Positions 17,302 to 18,720 of a stretch of 18,720 nt of DNA are shown here, piece by piece. Each line of letters begins with the position of its first letter. The stretch's first letter is position 1. The notes beneath the pieces were generated by a model. That model ran no database searches. It saw only the letters and a program-made list of their open reading frames with translations, and was not told where the DNA came from. This DNA comes from a virus. Lineage: Duplodnaviria > Heunggongvirae > Uroviricota > Caudoviricetes. The stretch lies in IMG/VR virus record IMGVR_UViG_2634166457_000003, positions 1-18,720 of that record; one strand, 5' to 3'. The position numbers were made by a program, and so were the translations under genes.

Positions 17302-18237
17302 ATGCAAGAAAATCAACAAATTACAAAGAAAGAACAATACAACCTGAACAAATTACAAAAACGTCTGCGTCGTAACGTGGGCGAAGCCATTGCTGACTTC
17401 AATATGATTGAAGAAGGCGATCGCATCATGGTTTGCCTCTCCGGGGGTAAAGACAGCTATACCATGCTGGAAATTCTGCGCAATTTGCAGCAAAGCGCGC
17501 CAATCAATTTTTCGCTGGTGGCTGTTAACCTCGATCAAAAGCAACCGGGCTTCCCGGAACACGTTCTGCCCGAGTATCTTGAAAAGCTGGGCGTTGAGTA
17601 CAAGATTGTTGAAGAGAACACTTACGGTATCGTGAAAGAGAAGATTCCAGAGGGCAAAACCACTTGCTCACTGTGTTCTCGGCTACGTCGCGGTATCCTT
17701 TATCGCACCGCAACGGAACTGGGGGCGACGAAGATCGCGCTGGGTCACCATCGTGACGATATCCTGCAAACGCTGTTCTTAAATATGTTCTACGGCGGCA
17801 AGATGAAAGGTATGCCTCCGAAACTGATGAGCGATGATGGCAAACATATCGTTATTCGTCCGCTGGCCTACTGCCGCGAGAAAGATATTCAGCGCTTTGC
17901 CGATGCAAAAGCGTTCCCGATTATTCCGTGCAACCTGTGCGGTTCACAGCCTAACCTGCAACGTCAGGTGATTGCTGACATGTTGCGTGACTGGGATAAA
18001 CGTTATCCGGGGCGTATCGAGACGATGTTCAGCGCGATGCAGAATGTGGTGCCGTCACATCTGTGCGATACCAACCTGTTCGATTTTAAAGGCATTACTC
18101 ACGGTTCTGAAGTGGTTAACGGGGGTGATCTGGCGTTTGATCGCGAAGAGATCCCACTACAACCGGCGGGCTGGCAGCCAGAAGAAGATGAAAATCAGTT
18201 GGATGAGTTACGGCTGAATGTGGTTGAAGTGAAATAA
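17302..18237 (+). CDS. ttcA: tRNA 2-thiocytidine(32) synthetase TtcA, 311 aa
   Basis: PP-loop ATPase motif SGGKDS; Cys motifs [10 protein letters not shown] and CNLCGSQ; matches the recalled E. coli TtcA sequence. Confidence 0.95.
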   Translation: MQENQQITKKEQYNLNKLQKRLRRNVGEAIADFNMIEEGDRIMVCLSGGKDSYTMLEILRNLQQSAPINFSLVAVNLDQKQPGFPEHVLPEYLEKLGVEYKIVEENTYGIVKEKIPEGKTTCSLCSRLRRGILYRTATELGATKIALGHHRDDILQTLFLNMFYGGKMKGMPPKLMSDDGKHIVIRPLAYCREKDIQRFADAKAFPIIPCNLCGSQPNLQRQVIADMLRDWDKRYPGRIETMFSAMQNVVPSHLCDTNLFDFKGITHGSEVVNGGDLAFDREEIPLQPAGWQPEEDENQLDELRLNVVEVK

Positions 18238-18247
18238 CCAGGATAGC

Positions 18248-18300
18248 GCCCGATGCGCAAGCTTATCGGGCTACTCTTATGGAGGCCGGATAAGACGCGG
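18248..18300. repeat. REP-like extragenic palindromic units downstream of ttcA
   Basis: GCCCGATGCGCAAGCTTATCGGGCTAC and GGCCGGATAAGACGCGGCC resemble the E. coli REP consensus (GCC.GATGCG...TTATC.GGCCTAC). Confidence 0.45.
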
Positions 18301-18302
18301 CC

Positions 18303-18720
18303 TGAACTGCACCCCAAATGTTGGACATAATCTGACATCTGAAGGTGCAGTTTATGAAACATTCATTTGAAGTAAAACTTGCCGCTGTAAATCATTACCT
18401 GGCTGGTCATGCAGGCATCATTTCTACGGCAAAACTCTTTCAACTTTCTCACACCAGCCTCTCACACTGGATTAATCTTTTTCTTCTTCACGGTCCTCGG
18501 GCACTGGATTGCAGACACAAGCGTAGCTATTCTCCTGAAGATAAACTTTGCGTGGTTCTTTATGCTCTCGGGCATTCTGAGTCTCCTACCCCGGGTAGCT
18601 GCCCGGTTTAACATTCCCAGCCACAACACGGTTAAAAACTGGATAAAAGGCTACCGCAAATCTGGTAATGAGGCCTTTATCAGGCGCAGGAAGGAGAAAA
18701 GCATGACCGTTCTGATGATA
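18303..18720 (+). mobile_element. IS3-family (IS150-group-like) element, left part; continues beyond the window
   Basis: Begins with TG (TGAACTGCACCCCAAATGTTGGACA), an IS3-family-style terminus, followed by an orfA-like reading frame. The left boundary is approximate. Confidence 0.45.
18345..18611 (+). pseudogene. IS3-family transposase OrfA-like gene, apparently frameshifted
   Basis: N-terminus (FEVKLAAVNHYLAG...) aligns with recalled IS150 OrfA; the similarity continues in the +1 frame after about 18590 (VAARFNIPSHNTVKNWIKGYRKSGNEAF), with the frame change at a CCCCGGG run. Confidence 0.5.

Larger units (their letters stand above)
1..17330. mobile_element. Rac-like lambdoid prophage, partial (left end outside window; right junction near the 5' end of ttcA)
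   Basis: Contiguous set of proteins matching recalled K-12 Rac products (IntR, XisR, RalR, RacC, KilR, SieB, RacR, YdaS/T/U/V) in conserved order, with integrase adjacent to ttcA. Right boundary is approximate. Confidence 0.85.

Noticed and set aside
1-18720. CRISPR arrays, tRNA or rRNA genes
   Set aside because: No regularly spaced direct repeats with unique spacers, and no cloverleaf-like or rRNA-like segments noticed by eye.

Overview
This window reads as the early/immunity half of a Rac-like lambdoid prophage of Escherichia/Shigella, integrated next to the host gene ttcA, in the reverse orientation to the usual K-12 Rac map. Gene names are assigned from recalled K-12 Rac proteins (matching length and sequence from memory); nothing was searched. 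Layout: a leftward operon on the minus strand (ydaS cro-like, ydaT, ydaU, ydaV, a ydaW-like gene, six uncharacterised genes, a hok-family toxin, two nin-region genes and a putative Q-like antiterminator); a central racR repressor flanked by operator-bearing divergent promoters; and a rightward operon (ydaG, ydaF, kilR, ydaE, racC, recE-like exonuclease, a RecT/Red-beta-like annealase, ralR, ydaC, xisR, intR) ending at host ttcA, REP-like palindromes and a frameshifted IS3-family orfA fragment. The most notable observations are an in-frame amber codon truncating the recE-like gene, a recombination module that is mosaic relative to K-12 recET, a hok-family toxin inside the nin-like region, and an unassigned six-gene cassette (2394-4914) that is the best candidate for an undescribed accessory system. 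Six-frame track ORFs that begin with alternative start codons were trimmed to internal ATG/GTG starts with a ribosome-binding site where the sequence supports it.
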